Source: Cereibacter sphaeroides 2.4.1 | GTDB taxonomy: Bacteria; Pseudomonadota; Alphaproteobacteria; Rhodobacterales; Rhodobacteraceae | Direction of reading: 5' to 3' | Length of the DNA: 32,000 bases | NCBI RefSeq assembly: GCF_000012905.2 | Contig: NC_007493.2 | Span: 3,060,001-3,092,000, forward strand | The notes under the pieces: generated by a model | The model's input: only the letters and a program-made list of their open reading frames with translations | What the model was told of the DNA's origin: nothing | Database searches by the model: none | In this document: piece by piece, positions 1-7,853 of the stretch | How positions within the stretch are numbered: position 1 is the first letter of the stretch | How the letters are laid out: each line of letters starts with the position of its first letter | Translations under genes and position numbers: made by a program

Positions 1-1135
1 AGACGACGCCGGTCTGGGCCGGCATCTCGACCAGCGCGGGCTGGATGTAGGCGCCGCCCGGCACGCCCTCGACCGGCTTGCCGCCATGGACGGTGCCGCC
101 CTTGGCCCGCGCCCGGTCGAGCGCCGCCACCATCCGGTCGCGCGAGGCCGCGTCGATCAGCGGACCGACGAGGGTTCCGTCCGCGCGCGGATCGCCGATC
201 TTCAGCGACGCGTAGGCCTTGACCAGCCGCCCCACCAGTTCCTCGCGCACCGAATGATGCACGATCAGCCGCCGGAGCGAGGTGCAGCGCTGGCCAGCGG
301 TGCCCACGGCCGAGAAGACGATGGCGCGCACCGCCATGTCGAGATCGGCCGAGGGCGCCACGATCATCGCATTGTTGCCGCCGAGCTCGAGGATCGGGCG
401 GCCGAAGCGGGCCGCTACCTTGGGCCCGACGATCCGCCCCATCCGGGTGGAACCCGTGGCCGAGACGATCGGCACCTCGGGCGAGAGCACCAGCGCCTCG
501 CCGATCTCGGGCCCGCCCATCACCAGTTGCGCAAGCCCCTCGGGCGCGTCGCCGAAGCGGGCGAGCGCCCGGCCGAAGATCGCCATCGAGGCGAGCGCGG
601 TGAGCGGCGTCTTCTCGGAGGGCTTCCAGATCACCGGATTGCCGCAGACGAGCGCCAGCGCCGCGTTCCACGACCAGACCGCCACCGGGAAGTTGAAGGC
701 CGAGATGACCGCGCAAGGCCCCATCGGGTGCCAGGTCTCCATCATCCGGTGGCCCGGCCGCTCGGAGGCGATGGTCAGGCCGTAGAGCTGCCGCGACAGG
801 CCCACCGCGAAATCGCAGATGTCGATCATCTCCTGCACTTCGCCCAGACCCTCGGAGGTGATCTTGCCCGCCTCGAGCGTCACGAGGGCGCCGAGCTCGG
901 CCTTGGCCGCGCGCAGTTCCTCGCCGAAGAGCCGGACGAGTTCGCCCCGCCGGGGGGCGGGCACCTCGCGCCAGTGGCGGAAGGCCTCCTGCGCGCGGGC
1001 GATGAGGCCGGGCATGGCGGCGGGGTCTGTGGGGCGGACGCGGCCGATCTCGGCCCCGTCGATGGGCGAGAGGACGGACAGGCTGCCGCCGGTGGCTGCG
1101 TCCGCGATGCCGAGGGCGTGGAATAGGTCTGTCAT
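1..1135 (-). CDS. Aldehyde dehydrogenase, ALDH7 (antiquitin / L-piperideine-6-carboxylate = 2-aminoadipate semialdehyde dehydrogenase) type. The N-terminal ~378 aa are present; the 3' end runs off the window.
   Basis: Not in the ORF track because it is truncated. My reverse-strand translation from ATG at 1135 reads MTDLFHALGIADAATGGSLSVLSPIDG...FNFPVAVWSWNAALALVCGNPVIWKPSEKTPL...ELGGNNAMIV...FSAVGTAGQRCTSLRRL. It has the catalytic Glu (ELGGNNA) and Cys (GQRCT) motifs and closely resembles remembered antiquitin sequence. Its ATG overlaps the upstream stop codon (ATGA at 1132-1135). Confidence 0.8.
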   Translation of the reverse strand, partial: MTDLFHALGIADAATGGSLSVLSPIDGAEIGRVRPTDPAAMPGLIARAQEAFRHWREVPAPRRGELVRLFGEELRAAKAELGALVTLEAGKITSEGLGEVQEMIDICDFAVGLSRQLYGLTIASERPGHRMMETWHPMGPCAVISAFNFPVAVWSWNAALALVCGNPVIWKPSEKTPLTALASMAIFGRALARFGDAPEGLAQLVMGGPEIGEALVLSPEVPIVSATGSTRMGRIVGPKVAARFGRPILELGGNNAMIVAPSADLDMAVRAIVFSAVGTAGQRCTSLRRLIVHHSVREELVGRLVKAYASLKIGDPRADGTLVGPLIDAASRDRMVAALDRARAKGGTVHGGKPVEGVPGGAYIQPALVEMPAQTGVV

Positions 1136-2166
1136 CTGGGTCCTCCTGTGACGTGCCCGCGCTGGTCCTCTCGCCCCAGTGCGATCAGCAGGGGGCTCTC
1201 GGCCTGACGGGTCTGGAAATCCTTGCGGTCCTTCATCCCGCGCCAGCCGGCGAGGATCAAGCTCTGCGCCACGGCCCCGCCCAGCGTGGTGCCGGGGCCG
1301 AGTACGACGAAGGCGTCGGGCGCGAATTCCCGCGCGGCGACCGCGATGGCGCGGGTGAAATCGTAGGGCTCCGTGACCTGATGGCCGAGCGTATAGGCCC
1401 GGAGCGCCGCCGCGTCGGTGGCTTTCGGCCACCAGACGGCGCCGCGCCCGTCGATGAGCGGCAGCCGCGGCTGACCGAACAGCGCCTCGGGCAGCGCCGC
1501 CTGTCCGCGCGCGGCGACCGGCGCCTGAAGGGCGGTGTGGAAGGCCGCGTGATTGGCAAGGCGCATCGGGAAGCGGCCCTGTTCGGGCGGCACTTCGGCC
1601 TCGAAATCGGCCAGACCTTCGGCATTGCCCGCCAGCACGAGCATCCCGCCGAGCGCGATGGAGAGGCCGAGGATGCGCCCCGGGCGGGCGTCGATCCCGG
1701 CCACCTGATCCAGCAGTTGCGCGCGGCGGGCAAGGTCGGGCCGCCAGTCCTCGCCCATGACCGGATGGACGATCTGGCCGCCGATCAGCGCCTCCTGCAT
1801 CAGCGTGCCCATCGTGTTGACGACCCGGAAGCCGTCTTCGGCCGAAAGGGCGCCGCCGCAGGCCAGCGCCGTATACCAGCCCATCGAATTGCCGGTGACG
1901 GCCACCACCTCGACGCCCGTGAGCGACAGGAAATCGGCGTAGCCCGCGGCATAGATCAGCGCCGAGGCATTGTCGCCCCGCGTGTGGCGCGCCACGGAAT
2001 AGCTCGCTTCGCCGTCGAGATCGGCCAGCGTCTCCTGCCCCGCCACCCGGCGCTGGGCATCGAACCGGGCGAACAGCGCGGCCTTGTCGGGATGGAGCCG
2101 GCCGAGAGAGCCCAGTTCTGCCTTGGTGTAGGTGCCGCGGCCGGGACAGACGACGACGACCCTCAT
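1132..2166 (-). CDS. FabD-like (malonyl-CoA:ACP transacylase fold) acyltransferase, 344 aa
   Basis: Inner start MRVVVVCPGRGTYTK at 2166 overlaps the upstream stop (ATGA at 2163-2166). Motifs are GNSMGW (a variant of the GHSxG nucleophile elbow) and NHAAFHT (FabD AFHS/T motif). The 60 Arg-rich residues upstream in the track ORF lie inside the preceding gene. Confidence 0.7.
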   Translation of the reverse strand: MRVVVVCPGRGTYTKAELGSLGRLHPDKAALFARFDAQRRVAGQETLADLDGEASYSVARHTRGDNASALIYAAGYADFLSLTGVEVVAVTGNSMGWYTALACGGALSAEDGFRVVNTMGTLMQEALIGGQIVHPVMGEDWRPDLARRAQLLDQVAGIDARPGRILGLSIALGGMLVLAGNAEGLADFEAEVPPEQGRFPMRLANHAAFHTALQAPVAARGQAALPEALFGQPRLPLIDGRGAVWWPKATDAAALRAYTLGHQVTEPYDFTRAIAVAAREFAPDAFVVLGPGTTLGGAVAQSLILAGWRGMKDRKDFQTRQAESPLLIALGREDQRGHVTGGPR

Positions 2167-4346
2167 GCCCGCACCAGCGCAAGCGCCGCCTCGGCGATGC
2201 CGGCGGCCGAGGGCAGGGTGGCGGCATAGGCGGGGCCGGTGGCGATGAAACTGTCCTCGGCGGTGATGCGGGCGATGCGGGTGCGGCCTGCCTCGGCCAG
2301 GGCCGTCATCAGCGCCTCGGCCGGGCCGCCGGCCGAGCGGCGGCATTCATCCACCACGAGGACGGCGCGGCAGTCCTGCGTGGCCCTGAGCATCGCCTCG
2401 AGCGGCAGGGGCGCGAGCCAGCGCAGATCGAGGATCCGCGCGGCCACGCCATTTTCACGAAGCGTGAAATTCGCCTGTTGCGACAGATAGATGCCGTTGC
2501 CGAACGTCACGATGGCAAGATCCCGGCCCTCGCCGTGGCAGCCGATCTCGCCGAAGCGGAGCCGCTCGGACGGGTCGGGATAGGTGCGCATCCAGCCCCC
2601 GTCCTTCTCTTCCGCAAGGTCGCGCATCGGATAGAGCGCGATGGGCTCGAGGAAGACCACCAGCCGCTGCTCTTCGCGCGCGAGCCGCACGCATTCGCGC
2701 AGCATCATCGCGGCCTCGGCCCCGTCCGAGGGGCAGGCGAGGATCAGCCCGGGGATATCGCGCAGGACGGCGATGGAATTGTCGTTGTGGAAATGGCCGC
2801 CGAAGCCCTTCTGATAGCCGAGCCCCGCGATCCGGAGCACCATCGGGTTGGTATATTGTCCGTTCGAGAAGAAGGGCAGGGTGGCCGCCTCGCCGCGGAT
2901 CTGGTCCTCGGCATTGTGGAGATAGGCGAGGAACTGGATCTCGGGGATGGGCAGGAAGCCGTTGTGGGCCATGCCGATCCCGAGGCCGAGGATCGACTGT
3001 TCGTCGAGGAGCGTGTCGATCACCCGGTCGGGGCCGAAGCGGGTCTGGAGCTTCTGGGTCACGCCATAGACCCCGCCTTTGCGGCCCACATCCTCGCCCA
3101 TCAGCACGATCTCGGGGTGGGCGAGCATGAGGTCGGTGAGCGCCCAGTTGATGAGGCGGCTCATCGGCTGCGGCTCGGCCATCGCCTTGAGGTCGGAGCC
3201 GAAGGCCGCGGCGCGGGAATCGGCCGAGGGGCCGTTGGTGGGGGCGCAGGGCCGGGCCGGGGGGATCAGGCTCGCCATCACGTCGGAGGCCGTCTTCAGT
3301 CTCGGCCGGGTGACCGCCTCGGCCGCGACCCGGTCGACGCGCTCCTGCGTCTCGAGGTAGATCGCGAGCGCGTCGTCGGGGTCGAGCGCGCCTGCGGCCT
3401 CCATCAGCCGGACGCTGTGCAGGAGCGGATCGTTGGCCTCCTCGGTCTCGACCTCCTCGCGGCTCATGTAGGTGGTGGGCAGGTCCGCCCCGGCATGGCC
3501 GTAGAGGCGGACGGTTCCCAGATGCAGGAAGGCGGGTTTGCGGCGGTTGCGGACATAGGCCGCGGCTTCGGCCGCCACGGCGTAAGTCTCTGACATGTCG
3601 AGCCCGTTGGCGCGGAAGTAGCGCAGGCCGGGGCGGGCGCGGAAGCTTGCCTCGATCCAGCCGCGCGGGGTTCTGGTCGAGATGCCGATGCCATTGTCCT
3701 CGCAGACGAAGAGGAGCGGCAGCGGCACCGACTGGAAGGCGGTCCAGCCCGCGGTGTTGAAGGCGCCCTGCGCGGTGGAATGGTTGGCCGAGGCGTCGCC
3801 GAAACTGGCCATCACCAGCGCATCCTCGGGCAGGGCGCGGTGCTCGGGCGGGCGGCGCCGCGCGAGCCCCAGCGAATAGGCCGCCCCCACCGCCTTCGGC
3901 AGGTGGCTCGCGATGGTCGAGGTCTGGGGCGGGATGGCCAGCGCCTTCGAGCCCAGCACCTTGTGGCGCCCGCCGGAGATCGGATCCTCGGCGGAGGAGG
4001 CGAAGGAGAGAAGCATGTCCCAGGCGATGCTCTGGCCGAGCTGGGCCGCGCGCGCGATCTGGAAGGCCGCGTCGCGGTAATGGAGGAAGGCCATGTCGCT
4101 GGGGCGCAGCGCATGGGCCACGGCGGCCATCCCCTCGTGCCCCGAGGAGCCGATCGTGTAGAAGCCCTGCCCCGCCTTCTGCATGGCTCGGCTGGTCCGG
4201 TCGAGCGCGCGCGACAGGCACTGGTTGCGGAAGAGCGCCACCATCTCGTGCGGGGCGAGGCCGGGGGTGGGCGGGGCGCCCTGCGGCAGGTCGCGGGCCT
4301 TCACGCGGGAGAGGAAATTCTCATGGACGATGAGCGAGCGGGGCAT
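2163..4346 (-). CDS. Fused alpha+beta E1 component of a TPP-dependent 2-oxoacid dehydrogenase, 727 aa
   Basis: The N-terminal half is E1-alpha-like (FGDASANHS...VCEDNGIGIS, TPP-binding region). The C-terminal half is E1-beta / transketolase-pyrimidine-like (IVLMGEDVGRKGGVYGVT...IDTLLDEQSILGLGIGMA...RIAGLGYQKGFGGHFHNDN). A GGAAAGG Shine-Dalgarno sequence precedes the ATG at 4346. Confidence 0.85.
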   Translation of the reverse strand: MPRSLIVHENFLSRVKARDLPQGAPPTPGLAPHEMVALFRNQCLSRALDRTSRAMQKAGQGFYTIGSSGHEGMAAVAHALRPSDMAFLHYRDAAFQIARAAQLGQSIAWDMLLSFASSAEDPISGGRHKVLGSKALAIPPQTSTIASHLPKAVGAAYSLGLARRRPPEHRALPEDALVMASFGDASANHSTAQGAFNTAGWTAFQSVPLPLLFVCEDNGIGISTRTPRGWIEASFRARPGLRYFRANGLDMSETYAVAAEAAAYVRNRRKPAFLHLGTVRLYGHAGADLPTTYMSREEVETEEANDPLLHSVRLMEAAGALDPDDALAIYLETQERVDRVAAEAVTRPRLKTASDVMASLIPPARPCAPTNGPSADSRAAAFGSDLKAMAEPQPMSRLINWALTDLMLAHPEIVLMGEDVGRKGGVYGVTQKLQTRFGPDRVIDTLLDEQSILGLGIGMAHNGFLPIPEIQFLAYLHNAEDQIRGEAATLPFFSNGQYTNPMVLRIAGLGYQKGFGGHFHNDNSIAVLRDIPGLILACPSDGAEAAMMLRECVRLAREEQRLVVFLEPIALYPMRDLAEEKDGGWMRTYPDPSERLRFGEIGCHGEGRDLAIVTFGNGIYLSQQANFTLRENGVAARILDLRWLAPLPLEAMLRATQDCRAVLVVDECRRSAGGPAEALMTALAEAGRTRIARITAEDSFIATGPAYAATLPSAAGIAEAALALVRA

Positions 4347-4359
4347 GGGGCCTTTCCGT

Positions 4360-4398
4360 CCGGCGGAAGCTCCGGGGAACGGTCGGAGCCTCCGGCGG
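4360..4398. other. Imperfect 15-bp inverted repeat (stem-loop) in the gcdH - E1 intercistronic gap
   Basis: CCGGCGGAAGCTCCG (4360-4374) pairs with CGGAGCCTCCGGCGG (4384-4398) at 13 of 15 positions, with a 9-nt loop. The T-run (GGGATATTTTC) follows it only on the plus strand, which is antisense to the operon. Confidence 0.4.
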
Positions 4399-4421
4399 GG
4401 ATATTTTCGCCAGAATGAATG

Positions 4422-5633
4422 TCAGAAGAAGGCCTGCAGCCCGGTGATCGCGCGGCCGAGGATGAGGGCATGAACGTCGTGGGTGCCCTCGTAGGTGTTC
4501 ACCGTCTCGAGGTTCGCCATGTGGCGCATGACATGGAACTCTTCCTGGATCCCGTTGCCGCCGTGCATGTCGCGGGCGTGGCGCGCGGCCTCGAGCGCCT
4601 TGCCGCAGTTGCTGCGCTTGACGATCGAGATCATCTCGGGCGCGGCATTGGCCTCGTCGAGGAGGCGGCCGACGCGGAGGCTCGCCTGTGCGCCGAGCGC
4701 GATGTCGGTCATCATGTTGGCGAGCTTGAGCTGGTAGAGCTGGGTCTGGGCCAGCGGGCGGCCGAACTGCCTGCGGTCGAGCCCGTACTGGCGCGCGGCA
4801 TGGAGGCAGGCCTCGGCCGCGCCGAGCACGCCCCAGCTGATGCCGTAGCGGGCGCGGTTGAGGCAGCCGAACGGGCCCTTGAGCCCTTCGACGCCGGGCA
4901 GGAGCGCCTCCTCGCCGACCTCGACCCCCTCCATCACGATCTCGCCGGTGATCGAGGCGCGCAGGGAGAGCTTGCCGCCGATCTTCGGGGCCGAGAGGCC
5001 CTTCATCCCCTTTTCCAGCACGAAGCCGCGGATCTTGCCGCCGTGGGCCTCGGACTTCGCCCAGACGACGAAGACATCCGCGATGGGCGCGTTCGAGATC
5101 CACATCTTCGAGCCGGAAAGGACGTAGCCCTGCGCGGTCTTGCGGGCCACGGTCTTCATGCCCGCGGTGTCGGAGCCCGCGTCGGGTTCCGTCAGGCCGA
5201 AACAGCCGATGAGCTCGCCCTTTGCCAGGCCCGGCAGGTAGCGGCGGCGCTGATCCTCCGAGCCGTAGGCGTAGATCGGATACATCACCAGCGAGGACTG
5301 CACCGACATCATCGAGCGGTAGCCCGAATCCACCCGCTCGATCTCGCGCGCGATGAGGCCGTAGGAGACGTAGGAGGCGCCGAGCCCGCCATATTCCTCG
5401 GGGACGGTCGCGCCGAGGAGGCCCATCTCGCCCATCTCGCGGAAGATGGCCGGATCGGTCTGTTCCTCGCGGTAGGCGGCGGTCACCCGCGGCATCAGCC
5501 GCTCCTGCGCATAGGCGCGGGCGCCGTCGCGCAGCATCCGCTCCTCCTCGGAGAGCTGAAGCTCCATCCGGAAGGGATCCTCCCAGTCGAAGCGGCCGAG
5601 ATCGGGGGCATCCTTGGCCTTCAGGTCCTTCAT
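4422..5633 (-). CDS. gcdH: Glutaryl-CoA dehydrogenase, 403 aa
   Basis: Acyl-CoA dehydrogenase fold with glutaryl-CoA dehydrogenase-like sequence (FDWEDPF...[13 protein letters not shown]...[23 protein letters not shown]). The start at MKDLKAK (5633) is preceded by a GGAGGA Shine-Dalgarno sequence. The 27 extra residues of the track ORF are unlikely to be translated. Confidence 0.9.
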   Translation of the reverse strand: MKDLKAKDAPDLGRFDWEDPFRMELQLSEEERMLRDGARAYAQERLMPRVTAAYREEQTDPAIFREMGEMGLLGATVPEEYGGLGASYVSYGLIAREIERVDSGYRSMMSVQSSLVMYPIYAYGSEDQRRRYLPGLAKGELIGCFGLTEPDAGSDTAGMKTVARKTAQGYVLSGSKMWISNAPIADVFVVWAKSEAHGGKIRGFVLEKGMKGLSAPKIGGKLSLRASITGEIVMEGVEVGEEALLPGVEGLKGPFGCLNRARYGISWGVLGAAEACLHAARQYGLDRRQFGRPLAQTQLYQLKLANMMTDIALGAQASLRVGRLLDEANAAPEMISIVKRSNCGKALEAARHARDMHGGNGIQEEFHVMRHMANLETVNTYEGTHDVHALILGRAITGLQAFF

Positions 5634-5651
5634 GGCGTCCTCCGGAGATAT

Positions 5652-5672
5652 GCGGTTGCGGGCAGATACCGC
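5652..5672. promoter_or_regulatory. LysR-type T-N11-A box (GCGGT-N11-ACCGC dyad) in the gcdH / LysR divergent intergenic region
   Basis: GCGGT at 5652-5656 and ACCGC at 5668-5672 form an inverted repeat with T-N11-A spacing. It lies between the start codons at 5633 (minus) and 5713 (plus). Confidence 0.5.
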
Positions 5673-5712
5673 TTCATGCCGGCCAAGGATAACGCTAATT
5701 TCGCCGGAGTTC

Positions 5713-6627
5713 ATGCAGGGAGTGCATCAGGTGGCATTCGCGCGGCGCTATCTGCCCCCGGTGGGGCAGCTTGCGGCCTTCGAGGCGGTGACGCGGACGG
5801 GCTCGACGGCGGCGGCCGCACGCGAGCTCGATCTGACGCAGGGCACGGTGAGCCGGCTGGTGCAGGGGCTCGAGGAGCAGCTGGGCGTGGTGCTGTTTCA
5901 GCGGCAGCGGAAGCGGCTGAGGCCCACGCAGGCGGCGCTGGCCTATGCGGCCGAGGTGCGGCGGGCGCTCGACATTCTCGGGCGCGCCTCGCTGCGGCTC
6001 GCGTCCGACCCGGAGGGCGGGGTGCTGTCGCTGGCGATCCTGCCGACCTTCGGCACGCACTGGCTGGCGCCGCGGCTGCCGGGCTTTCTCAAGGCCCATC
6101 CGGGGGTGACGATCAATCTCGCGACGCGGCTGAAGCCCTTCGAGTTCGAGGGCGAGGAGTTCGACGCGGCGATCCATTTCGGCAGCCCCAGCTGGCCGCG
6201 GGCCGGGCATCTGCGGCTGTTCGGCGAGGGGGTGGTGGCGGTGGCGTCGCCGGAGTTTCTTGCCGCGCATCCGGTGGCGGGGGCTGCGGACCTGCTGGCG
6301 CTGCCGCTCCTCACGCTCGAGACGCGGCCGCGGGGCTGGGCGGGGTGGTTCGCCCATCACGGGGTGGCGGCGGCGGTGCCGCGGGGCATGGTGTTCGACC
6401 AGTTTGCCACCATGATGCAGGCGGCGATCCACGGGATCGGCGTGGCGCTGCTGCCCGAGTTCCTCGCCGGGCCCGCGCTGGCCGAGGGGACGCTGGTGCC
6501 GGCCCATGGCGGCCCGGTCGAGGGGCGGCACGCCTATTGGCTGGTCTGGCCCGAGGACCGCGGCGACCACCCACCGCTCGCGGCCTTCCGCGACTGGCTC
6601 AGGGCCGAGACGGAAGGTCTTGCCTGA
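5713..6627 (+). CDS. LysR-family transcriptional regulator, 304 aa, divergent from gcdH
   Basis: N-terminal HTH ([51 protein letters not shown]) followed by a LysR substrate-binding domain. Inner ATG at 5713. The arrangement mirrors the GcdR-gcdH divergent pair known in Pseudomonas. Confidence 0.85.
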   Translation: MQGVHQVAFARRYLPPVGQLAAFEAVTRTGSTAAAARELDLTQGTVSRLVQGLEEQLGVVLFQRQRKRLRPTQAALAYAAEVRRALDILGRASLRLASDPEGGVLSLAILPTFGTHWLAPRLPGFLKAHPGVTINLATRLKPFEFEGEEFDAAIHFGSPSWPRAGHLRLFGEGVVAVASPEFLAAHPVAGAADLLALPLLTLETRPRGWAGWFAHHGVAAAVPRGMVFDQFATMMQAAIHGIGVALLPEFLAGPALAEGTLVPAHGGPVEGRHAYWLVWPEDRGDHPPLAAFRDWLRAETEGLA

Positions 6628-7732
6628 CGCCCGCGCGCCAGAGGGCAGCGGGATGGAGGTCGGGGGTCAGGAGGACGAGATCGGCGGGAACGCCGGGCGC
6701 GAGGCGGCCCAGATCGGGGCGGCCGATGGCGCGCGCCGGGGCCGAGGTCGCCATGGCCAGCGCGCGCTCGGGCGGGATGCCGAAGCGCACGAGGGTGCGG
6801 ATGGCCTGCGGCAGGGTCAGATCGGCGCCGGCGAGCGTGCCCGAGGCCAGCGTGAGGCGCCCCCCACGGCGCAGGATGCGCCGGCCGTTCAGCTCGAACC
6901 CGTCGAGGTCGGTGCCCGCCACCGCCATGCAGTCCGAAACGAGGAAGAGACCCTCGGGCTTGGCCGCGAGCGCGATGCGGATCAGCTCGGGGGCGACATG
7001 GTGACCGTCGGCGATGAGGCCGGTCGGCACCGCAGAGGTCAGCGCCGCACCCGGCAGGCCGGGCTCGCGGTGGCCGAGCGGGCTCATCGCGTTGAAGAGA
7101 TGCGTGACGCAGGCGGCCCCGGCAGCGAAGGCCCTGCGGGCCTCGTCCATCGTGCAGTCGGTATGGCCGAGGCTCACGACGATCCCGGCGGCGGCGAGGG
7201 CCGCGATCTGTTCCGGGCGGGCCGCGGCTGGCGAGAGGGTCAGCATGAGCCCCGGCAGGCTCCGGGCGGCCTCGAGATAGAGCGCGAGGTCCGCCTCCTC
7301 CAGCGGGCGGACGAGCTTCCCGTCGTGCGCGCCCTTCTTCGCAGGGTCGATATGAGGCCCTTCGAGATGCAGGCCGAGAAGGCCCGGCGTGCCCGCGGCC
7401 TCCAGCGCGGCGGCAATCACGCTTGCCACGGCGGCGGGCCTGTCGGTGACGAGCGTCGGCAGCACATGGAGGACCCCGAGCCCCTCCTGACTGGCGCAGA
7501 TCCGGGCGAAGGTTGCGGCGGTGGCGGTGCCGTCGAGCATGACGCCGCCGCTGCCGTTCACCTGAAGGTCGATCAGGCCGGGGGCGAGGATGCCCTCCAC
7601 CTGCTCCACCCGTTGTCCGGGCGCCTCTCCGGGAGGCAGGATCGCCGCCACCCGTCCGTCGCAGAGGAGGAGGTCGCCCTCCCGGAAGTCGGCCCCGTCG
7701 AAGAGGGTGGCGCCGCGAAGAACGAGAGACAT
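6599..7732 (-). CDS. nagA: N-acetylglucosamine-6-phosphate deacetylase-like amidohydrolase, 377 aa
   Basis: PGLIDLQVNGSGG, HLEGPHI, SLGHTD and THLFNAM motifs typical of NagA. The start MSLVLRG at 7732 follows an AAGGAG Shine-Dalgarno sequence. The 3' end overlaps the LysR gene 3' end by 29 nt. Confidence 0.8.
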   Translation of the reverse strand: MSLVLRGATLFDGADFREGDLLLCDGRVAAILPPGEAPGQRVEQVEGILAPGLIDLQVNGSGGVMLDGTATAATFARICASQEGLGVLHVLPTLVTDRPAAVASVIAAALEAAGTPGLLGLHLEGPHIDPAKKGAHDGKLVRPLEEADLALYLEAARSLPGLMLTLSPAAARPEQIAALAAAGIVVSLGHTDCTMDEARRAFAAGAACVTHLFNAMSPLGHREPGLPGAALTSAVPTGLIADGHHVAPELIRIALAAKPEGLFLVSDCMAVAGTDLDGFELNGRRILRRGGRLTLASGTLAGADLTLPQAIRTLVRFGIPPERALAMATSAPARAIGRPDLGRLAPGVPADLVLLTPDLHPAALWRAGVRQDLPSRP

Positions 7733-7779
7733 CGGATCTCCTTTTGCGGGAGCGGAAAAATGCACGGAAGCGCCCGGTC

Positions 7780-7798
7780 TTTGACGCTCGTTTGACGC
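7780..7798 (+). promoter_or_regulatory. Tandem direct repeat TTTGACGC-N3-TTTGACGC (11-bp period) upstream of the wHTH-TPR regulator gene
   Basis: Read directly as cTTTGACGCtcgTTTGACGCacc, 56-74 nt upstream of ATG 7854. Each copy contains a -35-like TTGACG. Confidence 0.5.
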
Positions 7799-7853
7799 AC
7801 CGATCACGCAGGGGGGCTAAGGGTCGGGCGGGAAGTCGTCAAGGAGGGTCGCG

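Noticed and set aside
86-1126. 346-aa plus-strand ORF at the window start
   Set aside because: It is antisense to the ALDH7-type dehydrogenase, whose translation shows canonical catalytic motifs. The plus-strand product is Arg/Asp/His-rich nonsense.
2455-4221. 588-aa alternate-frame ORF inside the E1 gene, and similar cases at 25370-26794 and 26572-27873
   Set aside because: These are alternate or antisense frames of E1, fliF and fliL/motE-like respectively. All are Arg/Pro-rich and lack domain signatures. The annotated frames carry the recognisable homology.
4419-7004. 861-aa plus-strand ORF covering gcdH (antisense), the LysR gene (other frame) and the nagA end
   Set aside because: It crosses three independently well-supported genes and an intergenic promoter region. 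Its composition is Ala/Arg/Gly-dominated with no domain signature, so it is a high-GC artefact.
6599-7732. nagA as part of an amino-sugar utilisation locus
   Set aside because: No nagB, nagK, nagE or nagR-like genes are adjacent in this window, so it appears to be a stand-alone amidohydrolase gene. Nothing unusual is supportable from the sequence alone.
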